This document shows, piece after piece, positions 1 through 7,856 of a stretch of 64,000 nucleotides of DNA (position 1 is its first letter; every line of letters begins with the position of its first letter). This DNA comes from Bradyrhizobium sp. (GTDB taxonomy: Bacteria > Pseudomonadota > Alphaproteobacteria > Rhizobiales > Xanthobacteraceae). The stretch spans positions 2,316-66,315 of the forward strand of contig DATMNV010000008.1 of the NCBI GenBank assembly GCA_035568535.1, read 5' to 3'. The notes beneath the pieces were generated by a model. That model did no database searches. It was not told where the DNA came from and saw only the letters and a program-made list of their open reading frames with translations. The translations under genes and the position numbers were made by a program.

Positions 1-237
1 ACCCCGGCCCAGGTCGCGATCGCCTGGGTCGCGGCGCAGGGCAATGACATCGTGCCGCTGGTCGGCGCAAGGCGGCGCGATCGACTGACGGAGGCGCTGG
101 GTGCGGTGGAGGTGAAGCTGACGGACGCGCATCTCGCAGCACTTGCCAAGGCATTTCCGCCCGGTGCCGCGGCTGGCAACCGCTATCCGGACTCGCAGCT
201 TGCGCATATGGACAGCGAGAAGCGCCAGACGGCCTGA
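1..237 (+). CDS. Aldo/keto reductase, C-terminal part (5' end outside window)
   Basis: Frame 1 reads TPAQVAIAWVAAQGNDIVPLVGARRRDRLTEALGA...GNRYP, the typical AKR C-terminal signature; TGA at 235-237. Confidence 0.85.
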   Translation, partial: TPAQVAIAWVAAQGNDIVPLVGARRRDRLTEALGAVEVKLTDAHLAALAKAFPPGAAAGNRYPDSQLAHMDSEKRQTA

Positions 238-244
238 ACGATTG

Positions 245-281
245 CTCTTCACCTCTTCCCGCAAGCGGGGAGAGGGAGAAG
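245..281. repeat. REP-like hairpin (CCTCTCCCC...GGGGAGAGG family)
   Basis: cctcttcccgc-aa-gcggggagagg; the same motif recurs at 3727-3750, 35660-35680 and 38398-38420. Confidence 0.75.
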
Positions 282-306
282 AATCACCGATGCGCGCTCG
301 GCAACT

Positions 307-434
307 CTAGGGTGGGCAACGGCGCGCAGGCGCCGTGCCCACCACCTATCAACGGCGTCACTCCAAAATGGTGGGCACGCTTCCGCCTTCGCTTGTTGAA
401 GTTCCGGCGAACGTGGTCGCTTTGCCCAACCTAC
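307..434. repeat. GTAG-type REP doublet (REPIN-like)
   Basis: Left arm ctagggtgggcaacggcgc...gtgcccacc and inverted right arm ggtgggcacgc...ctttgcccaacctac. Confidence 0.8.
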
Positions 435-532
435 GAACTAGATGGCATATTCGAAACTAGATTGCATTGACGTTGACCTAAGCAGATTGATGTCGCAATT
501 TGCAGTCGCGCAATTTATTCGAGCATTCAGAG

Positions 533-1186
533 ATGATCGAGCTGATAAAGGCACTAACACCACTCGCGTGGCCACTTATGGTAGCCATTCTCCTGTGGAA
601 ACTGTTTCCAATTTTAAAAGGAATCGTCACGTCGCGAAGCTTCTCCGTGAAGATTGCTGGCATGGAAGTCAGCGTCCAAGATGCAACTGAGCAATTTCAA
701 ACTCAAATCTCGGACCTTCAAAAGCAAGTGTTGCTCTTGCGCTCTGACAAGCAGCCAGCCGGATCAGGTCAGGACATCGCCGAATCTCCTGCACCGACCG
801 CGGTTGCCAAAAAGTCTCCAAGAATTCTTTGGGTTGACGACAAGCCGACCGGTAACGCGCTTGAGATAGCTCAGTTGAGGGAGCGGGGGATTGAGGTTAC
901 CCAGGCGGTGTCTACAGACGATGCGATGGCCATGTTAAACAATGACCTTGCGTATGATGCTATCGTTTCCGACATGGGACGGCGCGAACATGGTACATAC
1001 CGCGCGCAAGCCGGTCTCATGTTCCTAAACGCTTTGAAGCGCGCCGGATACAATGTTCCTTTCCTAGTATATTCGTCGCAAAAATATGCTGCTCGCAATA
1101 ACGAGGAAGTTAGATCTGCAGGCGGAGATGGAGCGACGGCTTCTCCCGTTGAGCTGCTAGAGTGGATAGATCGCAAACTAAAATAA
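533..1186 (+). CDS. Membrane-anchored response-regulator receiver (REC) domain protein, no output domain
   Basis: N-terminal hydrophobic helix (LAWPLMVAILLWKLF), coiled segment, then REC motifs ILWVDD, AIVSDMGR, FLVYSS; AT-richer than flanks; ATG 533 preferred over TTG 500. Confidence 0.75.
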   Translation: MIELIKALTPLAWPLMVAILLWKLFPILKGIVTSRSFSVKIAGMEVSVQDATEQFQTQISDLQKQVLLLRSDKQPAGSGQDIAESPAPTAVAKKSPRILWVDDKPTGNALEIAQLRERGIEVTQAVSTDDAMAMLNNDLAYDAIVSDMGRREHGTYRAQAGLMFLNALKRAGYNVPFLVYSSQKYAARNNEEVRSAGGDGATASPVELLEWIDRKLK

Positions 1187-1351
1187 ACACACCGTCTACA
1201 GTGGGAATAACCACCCGTGCCTGTCCGGCAAATGATGGGCTGGCTGCTCATGGCACTGTTCGGACATCATCCGGCGTCCGCAGTGCCTACCAAAGCGGCC
1301 GTCAGCCAACCCATCTGAATGATGGGTTCACGCCCTACCACGCTTCAGGCA

Positions 1352-2152
1352 TCATCGATGCCCGCTGAGATCCGTGATCGTCAGCGCATCGCCGTTGAGC
1401 GGGTTGAGCGGGTCGCGGGCGTAGCGCAGCGTCTCGAAGCGCATGTTGCGCGCGTCGATCATCAGGAGCTTGCCGACCAGGCCCTCGCCGAAGCCGACGA
1501 TCTCGCGGATCGTTTCCAGCGCCATCATCGAGCCGAGCACGCCGGCGAGCGCCCCCAACACGCCGGCTTCCGCGCAGGTCGGCACCGTGCCCGGCGGCGG
1601 CGGCTCTGGAAACAAACACCGATAGGTCGGATTGAACTCGCCCTTGTCGTTCTTCTCATGCGCGCGGATCGTGGTCAGCGAGCCGTCGAAGGTGCCGAGC
1701 GAGGCCGTAATCAGCGGACGCGCGGCGAGGAAGCAGGCGTCCGAGACGAGATAGCGCGTCTCGAAATTGTCGGAGCCGTCGAGCACGAGGTCATAGCCGC
1801 CGATCAGTTCCATGGCGTTGCCGGCATTGAGCCGCGTCGCATGCGCGGCAAAGCGCACATGCGGATTGAGCGCATGCACGCGTTCGGCCGCGGTATCTGC
1901 CTTGCGCCGGCCAATGTCGGGCGTGGTGTGGATGATCTGGCGCTGCAGATTGGAAAGTGACACATCATCGTCATCGACCACGCCGAGATCGCCGACACCG
2001 GCCGCGGCGAGATACATCAGCGCGGGCGCGCCGAGCCCACCGGCGCCGATCACGAGCACCGAGGCCTCCTTCAGCGCCTGCTGGCCGGGTCCGCCGACCT
2101 CATGCAGCACGATGTGGCGGGCATAGCGTTCGAGTTCGTTGGCGCTGAGCAT
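1352..2152 (-). CDS. moeB: Molybdopterin-synthase adenylyltransferase (MoeB/ThiF family)
   Basis: ERYARHI, VIGAGGLG, SNLQRQ, DGSDNF, YRCLF...TCAEAGVLG; start moved to MLSANEL. Confidence 0.92.
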   Translation of the reverse strand: MLSANELERYARHIVLHEVGGPGQQALKEASVLVIGAGGLGAPALMYLAAAGVGDLGVVDDDDVSLSNLQRQIIHTTPDIGRRKADTAAERVHALNPHVRFAAHATRLNAGNAMELIGGYDLVLDGSDNFETRYLVSDACFLAARPLITASLGTFDGSLTTIRAHEKNDKGEFNPTYRCLFPEPPPPGTVPTCAEAGVLGALAGVLGSMMALETIREIVGFGEGLVGKLLMIDARNMRFETLRYARDPLNPLNGDALTITDLSGHR

Positions 2153-2171
2153 CTCAAATCGAATCCTCTCA

Positions 2172-2274
2172 ATCCTCATGGTGAGGAGGCGCGCAGCGCC
2201 GTCTCGAACCAGGAGGCCCGGCCGGTGGCCTCATCCTTCGAGAAGCGGCTTACGCCGCTCCTCAGGATGAGGAT
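2172..2274. repeat. Palindromic REP-like element (CCTCATGGTGAGGAG...CTCCTCAGGATGAGG type)
   Basis: Terminal inverted repeats atcctcatggtgaggagg / ctcctcaggatgaggat with internal hairpins, 20 nt upstream of the moeB start. Confidence 0.8.
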
Positions 2275-2350
2275 CGAACCACCGTCCGGCTGTTGCCGAC
2301 AAAGCAGATGTGCTTAAATCGGCTCCATTCAATCACCTCCGGGATTTGTC

Positions 2351-3715
2351 ATGAGATCGTGGCTGGCAGCAACCTTGATGTTCTGGGCTGCCGGGGTATC
2401 GGCAGAGGCGCAGATGGTGGCGCCGTCGACCGCCGGCGCCAAGCCGAAGGCGGTCGCGACCGTCCCAATCCGCCCCCCGGGATTGCAGACGCCGGCCGAT
2501 ACCGCCAATGCCATGGCGCAGGGCGAGCGGCTGGCGCTGCAATCGGACCTCGCCTGGGTTGGCGAATATAACGGTGCCATATCAGGCGATGTCAGCGAGC
2601 GCATGGTCGCCGCGATCAAGGAATACCAGAAGAACAAGGGCGGCAAGCAGACCGGTGTGCTCAACCCGCAGGAGCGCGCCGTGCTCGCCGAGACCGCACG
2701 GCGGCGGCAGGACAATGTCGGCTGGAAGATCGTCACCGACGCCGGCACCGGCGTGCGCCTCGGCATCCCCACAAAACTGGTGCCGCAGCAGACCAGCGAC
2801 GCCAACGGCACCAAATGGAGCTCGCCGACCGGCACGATCCAGGTGGTCCTCGCACGGCGCAAGGAAGCGGGGCCGACCACGGCAAAGCTTGCCGACCGCG
2901 AAAAGAAAGAGGCCGGACGCACGGTCGACTACACCGTGGTCAAGCCGGACTTCTTCGTGCTGTCGGGCCTGCAGAACCTGAAGAAGTTTTACCTGCGCGG
3001 CACCTTCAAGGGCGACGAGGTCCGCATCATGACCATCCTGTACGACCAGGCGGTGGAAAATACCGTCGAGCCGGTGGTGATCGCGATGTCGAGCGCCTTC
3101 AATCCGTTCCCGACGGGTGCGGTCGGGCCGGCGCCGCGCAAGACCGTCGAATACTCGACCGGCCTGGTCGTGACCGAGGACGGCGCGATCCTCGCCGATC
3201 GGGAGGCCAGCGACGGCTGCCAGGCGATCTCGATCCAGGGCTTTGGCCGTGCCGATCTCATTGACGACGACAGGGATCGCGGCCTGGCGCTGCTGCACAT
3301 CTATGGCGTGCGCGGCCTGAAGCCGCTGAGTCTCGCCGACGGCGCGGCGAAAACAGGCGTCGACATTGTCGGCATCGCCGATCCGCAAAATCAAGCGGGA
3401 GCCGCCGCGGTCAGCAGCGTGAAGGCGCAGGTGACACAGGTCGGCACCGGCGGCGATCTCGCGCTGTCACCCTCGCCGGCCATCGGTTTCTCCGGCGCGC
3501 CGGCGCTCGATGATGGCGGCAAGTTCGCTGGTCTCGCGCTGTTGAAGCCGGTGGTGGTGGCGACAACGGCAGCAGGCGCGGCACCGGCGCCGCAAGCGGT
3601 GCTGGTGACGCCCGATGCCGTGCGCGAATTCCTGAAGGGCAATGACATCACCGCGGACGGAAAATCGACCGACGCGAAGGCCGCCGTGGTGCGCGTGATC
3701 TGTGTGAGGAAATAG
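2351..3715 (+). CDS. Secreted protein with peptidoglycan-binding-like domain and C-terminal trypsin-like peptidase domain
   Basis: Signal peptide; LQSDLAWVGEYNGAISG...AIKEYQK...TGVL (PG-binding pattern); STGLVV and GFSGAPALD (trypsin-like). Confidence 0.75.
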   Translation: MRSWLAATLMFWAAGVSAEAQMVAPSTAGAKPKAVATVPIRPPGLQTPADTANAMAQGERLALQSDLAWVGEYNGAISGDVSERMVAAIKEYQKNKGGKQTGVLNPQERAVLAETARRRQDNVGWKIVTDAGTGVRLGIPTKLVPQQTSDANGTKWSSPTGTIQVVLARRKEAGPTTAKLADREKKEAGRTVDYTVVKPDFFVLSGLQNLKKFYLRGTFKGDEVRIMTILYDQAVENTVEPVVIAMSSAFNPFPTGAVGPAPRKTVEYSTGLVVTEDGAILADREASDGCQAISIQGFGRADLIDDDRDRGLALLHIYGVRGLKPLSLADGAAKTGVDIVGIADPQNQAGAAAVSSVKAQVTQVGTGGDLALSPSPAIGFSGAPALDDGGKFAGLALLKPVVVATTAAGAAPAPQAVLVTPDAVREFLKGNDITADGKSTDAKAAVVRVICVRK

Positions 3716-3717
3716 CC

Positions 3718-3854
3718 TCTTCTTCACCTTTACCCGCTTGCGGGGAGAGGTCGATTGCGAAGCAATCCGGGTGAAGGGGGGCTCTCCGGGAGCTCGGTGC
3801 GTGGAGAGAGCCCCTCACCCCAGCCCGCTCCCCGTAAGAACGGGGAGAGGGAGC
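3718..3854. repeat. Composite palindromic element between convergent genes, overlapping the mlrC-like 3' end
   Basis: Hairpins ccttt-acccgcttgcgggg-agagg, gggtgaaggggg-ctctcc...ggagag-agcccctcaccc, ctccccgt-aaga-acggggag. Confidence 0.8.
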
Positions 3855-5329
3855 CCATCCGGCTCGCCGTAAGGATAAAACTTTTTCAGATCGACATTCT
3901 CGTACGGCAGCGCGTCGAGATGGACGGTGCCAAGGAACGGCTGATCCGGCTCGACCAGCAGGATCGTCTTCGCAAAGCCGTTATCGTCAAAACCTCTGCG
4001 GAAATGCACGCGCGACTTGATCGCGAACACCTTGAAGGCGTGGATGTCGAGCCGCGGTGAGGCAAGCGAGAGCGGGTCCATGACCTGCACCAGATAGGTC
4101 GACAGCATCAGGACATTGTCGCGGCCGAATTTGATGGCGACCCAGAACTGGCCGTAGCTCTCGACGGCGCCCAGGATCGTGCCCTGGATGCGCACCGGCT
4201 CGCCGGCGGATTCATCGACCAGCCCGCCGATCTCCATATCGAAGGGATCGCCGGCCTTGGCGCCATCAGCCTTCAGCTTCGCGGTGGTCGCCGCGTCCGC
4301 AATCGTCGCAATCAGCACCTGCGACAGGTCCTGCACGATGATCTCCCGCAACAGGAAGGTGGCCGAGCCCGAGCGGTCGCTGTGATCGGCGAGCACGACC
4401 GGCGTCTCGCCTTTGGCGATCGCCTGCTTCGCCGCCGCGACACCATCGGCGATCGAATAGATTTTGGTCGAGGTCAGCAGCGCCTCGCGCTTGCGCCAGG
4501 CGAGATCGGCAATGTCCCTGGCGATCTCCTCGGCGCGTTTGGCATTGCCGTTGGTCATGACCTGGATGGTGATGCCGACGTCGGGCACGTCGGCGAAGGG
4601 AAAGCCGAAGAACACGTTGACGTAGACGTCGACCTCGCGCGCTTCCCAGGTGAGCGCGCGCTGGCTCAGATCCATCCAGGGTGAAGCGCCGGTCCACATC
4701 CGTACCGTCGCGGTGAGGATCGGCACTTTCCTGACCGCATGGACCGGCTTGTAGTCGCCGCGGATCATCCGCACCAGCATTCGCGCGGCGCGCTCGCCCT
4801 GCAGGTACTCGTCGTAGTGCGGGAAATATTTCACCGCAAAGCCCATGTCGGCGTGTTTGAAGAACTCGTCGTCCTCGTTGCCATGGAGATCGAAGGTCGC
4901 GACGATGAAGGCTTTGGGCCCGACCACCTCGCGCACCCGCCGCGCCAGCTCGGCTTCGGGGCGCAGCACGCCACGTACCGCCATCGCGCCGTGAACGCAG
5001 AGATAGACGCCGTCGAAGGGGCCTTCGGCTTTCAGCCCGGCGATCATGTTGCCGACAAGGGTTTTGAACGCCTCTTCGGTGATCCACCCCGAGCCCGTAC
5101 CGGTCTTTGGCCACAGCGGCGACTCGATGCCGACAAGTTCGACGCCCTCGAACTCGCGCGCCATCTTAACAAAGCCACCCATGTAGGATTTCGGATAGGC
5201 CTTCAGCAGCGCCTCGCCGCTGGCTGGCGAGCCCGGATAGATGAAATCGGAAAGCGTGGTGTCATTCTTGAGGAACGTCACCGTCTCATGCGCGAAGTGC
5301 AGCACGGCGATGCGGATTTTCTCTGACAT
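3815..5329 (-). CDS. M81 family (MlrC-like) metallopeptidase
   Basis: HETVTF, GVYLCVHGAM, TFDLHGN, KYFPHYD, IKSRVHFR motifs; start at MSEKIRIAV. Confidence 0.88.
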   Translation of the reverse strand: MSEKIRIAVLHFAHETVTFLKNDTTLSDFIYPGSPASGEALLKAYPKSYMGGFVKMAREFEGVELVGIESPLWPKTGTGSGWITEEAFKTLVGNMIAGLKAEGPFDGVYLCVHGAMAVRGVLRPEAELARRVREVVGPKAFIVATFDLHGNEDDEFFKHADMGFAVKYFPHYDEYLQGERAARMLVRMIRGDYKPVHAVRKVPILTATVRMWTGASPWMDLSQRALTWEAREVDVYVNVFFGFPFADVPDVGITIQVMTNGNAKRAEEIARDIADLAWRKREALLTSTKIYSIADGVAAAKQAIAKGETPVVLADHSDRSGSATFLLREIIVQDLSQVLIATIADAATTAKLKADGAKAGDPFDMEIGGLVDESAGEPVRIQGTILGAVESYGQFWVAIKFGRDNVLMLSTYLVQVMDPLSLASPRLDIHAFKVFAIKSRVHFRRGFDDNGFAKTILLVEPDQPFLGTVHLDALPYENVDLKKFYPYGEPDGLPLPVLTGSGLG

Positions 5330-5336
5330 GACAGCC

Positions 5337-7016
5337 TCACCGCAGTCCGAAGCGCACGCCGGCCCGCGCGAGCCCGCCTGATATCGCGACCGGTGTGCCG
5401 TCGGCGCGCCAGCAGGCCGCGCCCGAGAGCGTGCCATCGTCGTGGAATTGGATCGCGTTCATGCCGCCGGCCACCGTCGGCATCTCGACGACGGTATGTC
5501 CGAGCGCGCGCAGTTTTTCGCGCACGGCTTGCGGGATCGCCTGCTCGGTCTCGAGCGCATTGCCCTCGGTCCAGACCCGCGGCGCCTCGACCGCCTCCTG
5601 TAGGCTCATGCCATGATCGATCAGGTTGATCAGTGCCTGCATCGCGCTCGGGAAGATGCGCTTTCCGCCGGGCAGACCCAGCGCGTACACAAGCTTGCCG
5701 TCGCGCAGCGCCATGACGGGCGACATCGAGGTGGTGACGCGCTTGCCAGGCGCGAGCGACAGCGCGTGGCCGGGACGGGGGTCAAAAAGATTCATGTAAT
5801 TGTTCGGCACGGTGCCGAGGCCGGGAATCAGGAATTTCGCGCCGAAGAGATTGTTGATGGTCTGCGTGGTCGCAATCACGTTGCCGAAGCAATCCGCCGC
5901 TGTCATGTGCGTCGTGGTGGCGCTCTCGAGCTGCTGTACCTCCGCGCCCCATTTTTGTGCGCGGGCTCGATCGAGCGCGCGGCGTCGCTCGCCGGCATAA
6001 TCCTTCGAGGTCAGCCGCTCGACGGGGACGTTGATATAATCAGGGTCGCCGCTCGCCGCGGCACGGTCGGCAAAGGCGATCTTCAGCACTTCAGCGATGA
6101 GATGCACGGTCTCCGCCGTGCCGAAGCCGAGGGCGCGGAGGTCAAAACCCTCCAGGATGTTCAGCATCTCCGTGATGTGCACACCTGACGCCGCGGGCGG
6201 CGGCGGGCCCAGGATTGCCCAGCCGCGATAATCGCAGCGGATCGGCAGACGCTCGACGGTCTTGTAGCCGGTCAGGTCCTCTTTCCGGATGAAGCCGCCA
6301 TGCGTCTTCATATAGTCGACAAGAATGTCGCCGAGCGGGCCTTGATACAGTGCGTTCTCGCCGTGTTTGGAAATATGCGTCAGCGTTTCCCCATATTCCG
6401 CCTGCACCACGCGCTCGCCGGGTTCCAGCGGCTCGCCGTTGGGCAGATAGATTGCCGAGATCGGCTTGTCCTGCAGCATCTCCTTTGCGCCGTCGCGGAT
6501 GCATTCATGCAAATAGGGCGTGACGAGATAGCCGCGCGAGGCATGCTTGATGGCGGGTTGCATGACGTCGGCAAGACTCATGGTGCCGAAGCGGCGCAGC
6601 GTCTCGCACCAGGCTTTCAGCGAGCCCGGCACCGCGACCGCTTTCGGCCCGGTCAGGTTTTCGTCGTCGACGGTATCGAACACGTCATGCGCCGAACCGG
6701 GTTTTGAGCGATAAGTATCGGGCTTGACCATCGCCGGCACGGTGCTTTGGCCGTCGATGAAGCGATGGCTGCCGTCGGCGAGGCGGATATGCGCCATGCC
6801 GCCGCCGATGATGCCGATCATCATCGGCTCGACCACGGTCAGCGCGAACAGCGTCGCGACCGCGGCGTCGATGGCGTTGCCGCCGGCCGCCAGCATCTCC
6901 GCGCCGGCGGCGGAGGCGAGCGGATGATTACTCACCACCATGCCGCGGCTGCCGGTGGCCGGCTTCTTTTGACAAATGAAGGTCGTCGCCGTCCGGTCGC
7001 GCCAGTTGCCGCTCAT
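5337..7016 (-). CDS. ggt: Gamma-glutamyltransferase family Ntn hydrolase
   Basis: GGNAIDAAVA, AVPG, PPPAASG, TTTH nucleophile, NNYMNLF, PGKR...SMSP, EAPR; no signal peptide; start at MSGNWRD. Confidence 0.9.
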   Translation of the reverse strand: MSGNWRDRTATTFICQKKPATGSRGMVVSNHPLASAAGAEMLAAGGNAIDAAVATLFALTVVEPMMIGIIGGGMAHIRLADGSHRFIDGQSTVPAMVKPDTYRSKPGSAHDVFDTVDDENLTGPKAVAVPGSLKAWCETLRRFGTMSLADVMQPAIKHASRGYLVTPYLHECIRDGAKEMLQDKPISAIYLPNGEPLEPGERVVQAEYGETLTHISKHGENALYQGPLGDILVDYMKTHGGFIRKEDLTGYKTVERLPIRCDYRGWAILGPPPPAASGVHITEMLNILEGFDLRALGFGTAETVHLIAEVLKIAFADRAAASGDPDYINVPVERLTSKDYAGERRRALDRARAQKWGAEVQQLESATTTHMTAADCFGNVIATTQTINNLFGAKFLIPGLGTVPNNYMNLFDPRPGHALSLAPGKRVTTSMSPVMALRDGKLVYALGLPGGKRIFPSAMQALINLIDHGMSLQEAVEAPRVWTEGNALETEQAIPQAVREKLRALGHTVVEMPTVAGGMNAIQFHDDGTLSGAACWRADGTPVAISGGLARAGVRFGLR

Positions 7017-7087
7017 GAGCCGTCCCTGCGTTCTTGTTGGCAGGATGTGAGCGGCAATTGGCGGCGCGGTCAAGCACACGCAAAGAC

Positions 7088-7123
7088 AAAACCCCGGCGC
7101 ATTTTGCCGGCGCCGGGGTTTTT
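7088..7123. terminator. Intrinsic terminator (bidirectional shape) downstream of the GFA gene
   Basis: aaaaccccggcgc-N9-gcgccggggttttt. Confidence 0.75.
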
Positions 7124-7134
7124 CGTCGCGCGGA

Positions 7135-7557
7135 TTATTCCGGCAGCGTCTCACCGGAGCCGCCGAGTTCGGCCGGAAAATCCTTCATCTTCGGCAGGCC
7201 GTCCTTCATCCGCAAAACCGTCTCGCCGTAATTGACGTGCACGGCGGCTGCGAATTTCAGGTCGGGGATGGTCGCGGCATAGACGTCGATCAACCCGACC
7301 GGCTTGTGGCCGGTCATCAGATGACCGCCGCACTTCTTGCAGTACATGCGCTGGCTGAACGCCGTCTTCTCGAAGGTGCCGACATGCTCGGCGCCAGCCT
7401 TGACCTTCACATGATCCGATTTCCAGAGCGTGAAGGCATTGACCGGCGCGACCGACCAGGAGCGGCAGGAACTGCAGTGGCAATAACCCATCGCTTCCGG
7501 CGCGCCGTCAGCTTCGATTTCAACCGCGCCGCAAAAGCAGCGTCCGATATAGCCCAT
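7135..7557 (-). CDS. GFA/CENP-V family zinc-binding protein
   Basis: GRCFCGAV, CHCSSCR, CKKCG motifs; AAGGAG ribosome-binding site before ATG 7557. Confidence 0.9.
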   Translation of the reverse strand: MGYIGRCFCGAVEIEADGAPEAMGYCHCSSCRSWSVAPVNAFTLWKSDHVKVKAGAEHVGTFEKTAFSQRMYCKKCGGHLMTGHKPVGLIDVYAATIPDLKFAAAVHVNYGETVLRMKDGLPKMKDFPAELGGSGETLPE

Positions 7558-7616
7558 TGATGTTCTCCTTGAGTGGACAAGCAATGGTGCAGTTATCGGC
7601 CTCCCGCCAAATCGGT

Positions 7617-7637
7617 CCAGTTCACGAACTATACTGG
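7617..7637. promoter_or_regulatory. Candidate HxlR-family operator upstream of the GFA gene
   Basis: ccagt-N11-actgg palindrome; tccagttca is identical to the motif at 10405-10413. Confidence 0.55.
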
Positions 7638-7856
7638 GGCGCGAACCCCTGGATTTGAGAGTGATCGACGCAGGTCCGCTGCCAATAGCGGAAATGCGAT
7701 TGGCACCGGCCTTCACGGGTAGCCTTTGACCGTCGCCACCCGCCAAATTATCGGCCGGTTGCCCATTGAAGAACCAGTTGACCCGTCGACGAGCCACGTT
7801 CGCATTGTGTTCCTCTCTGAATCGTGAAAACGTACCGCGGAAACGTGGCGACTGCG

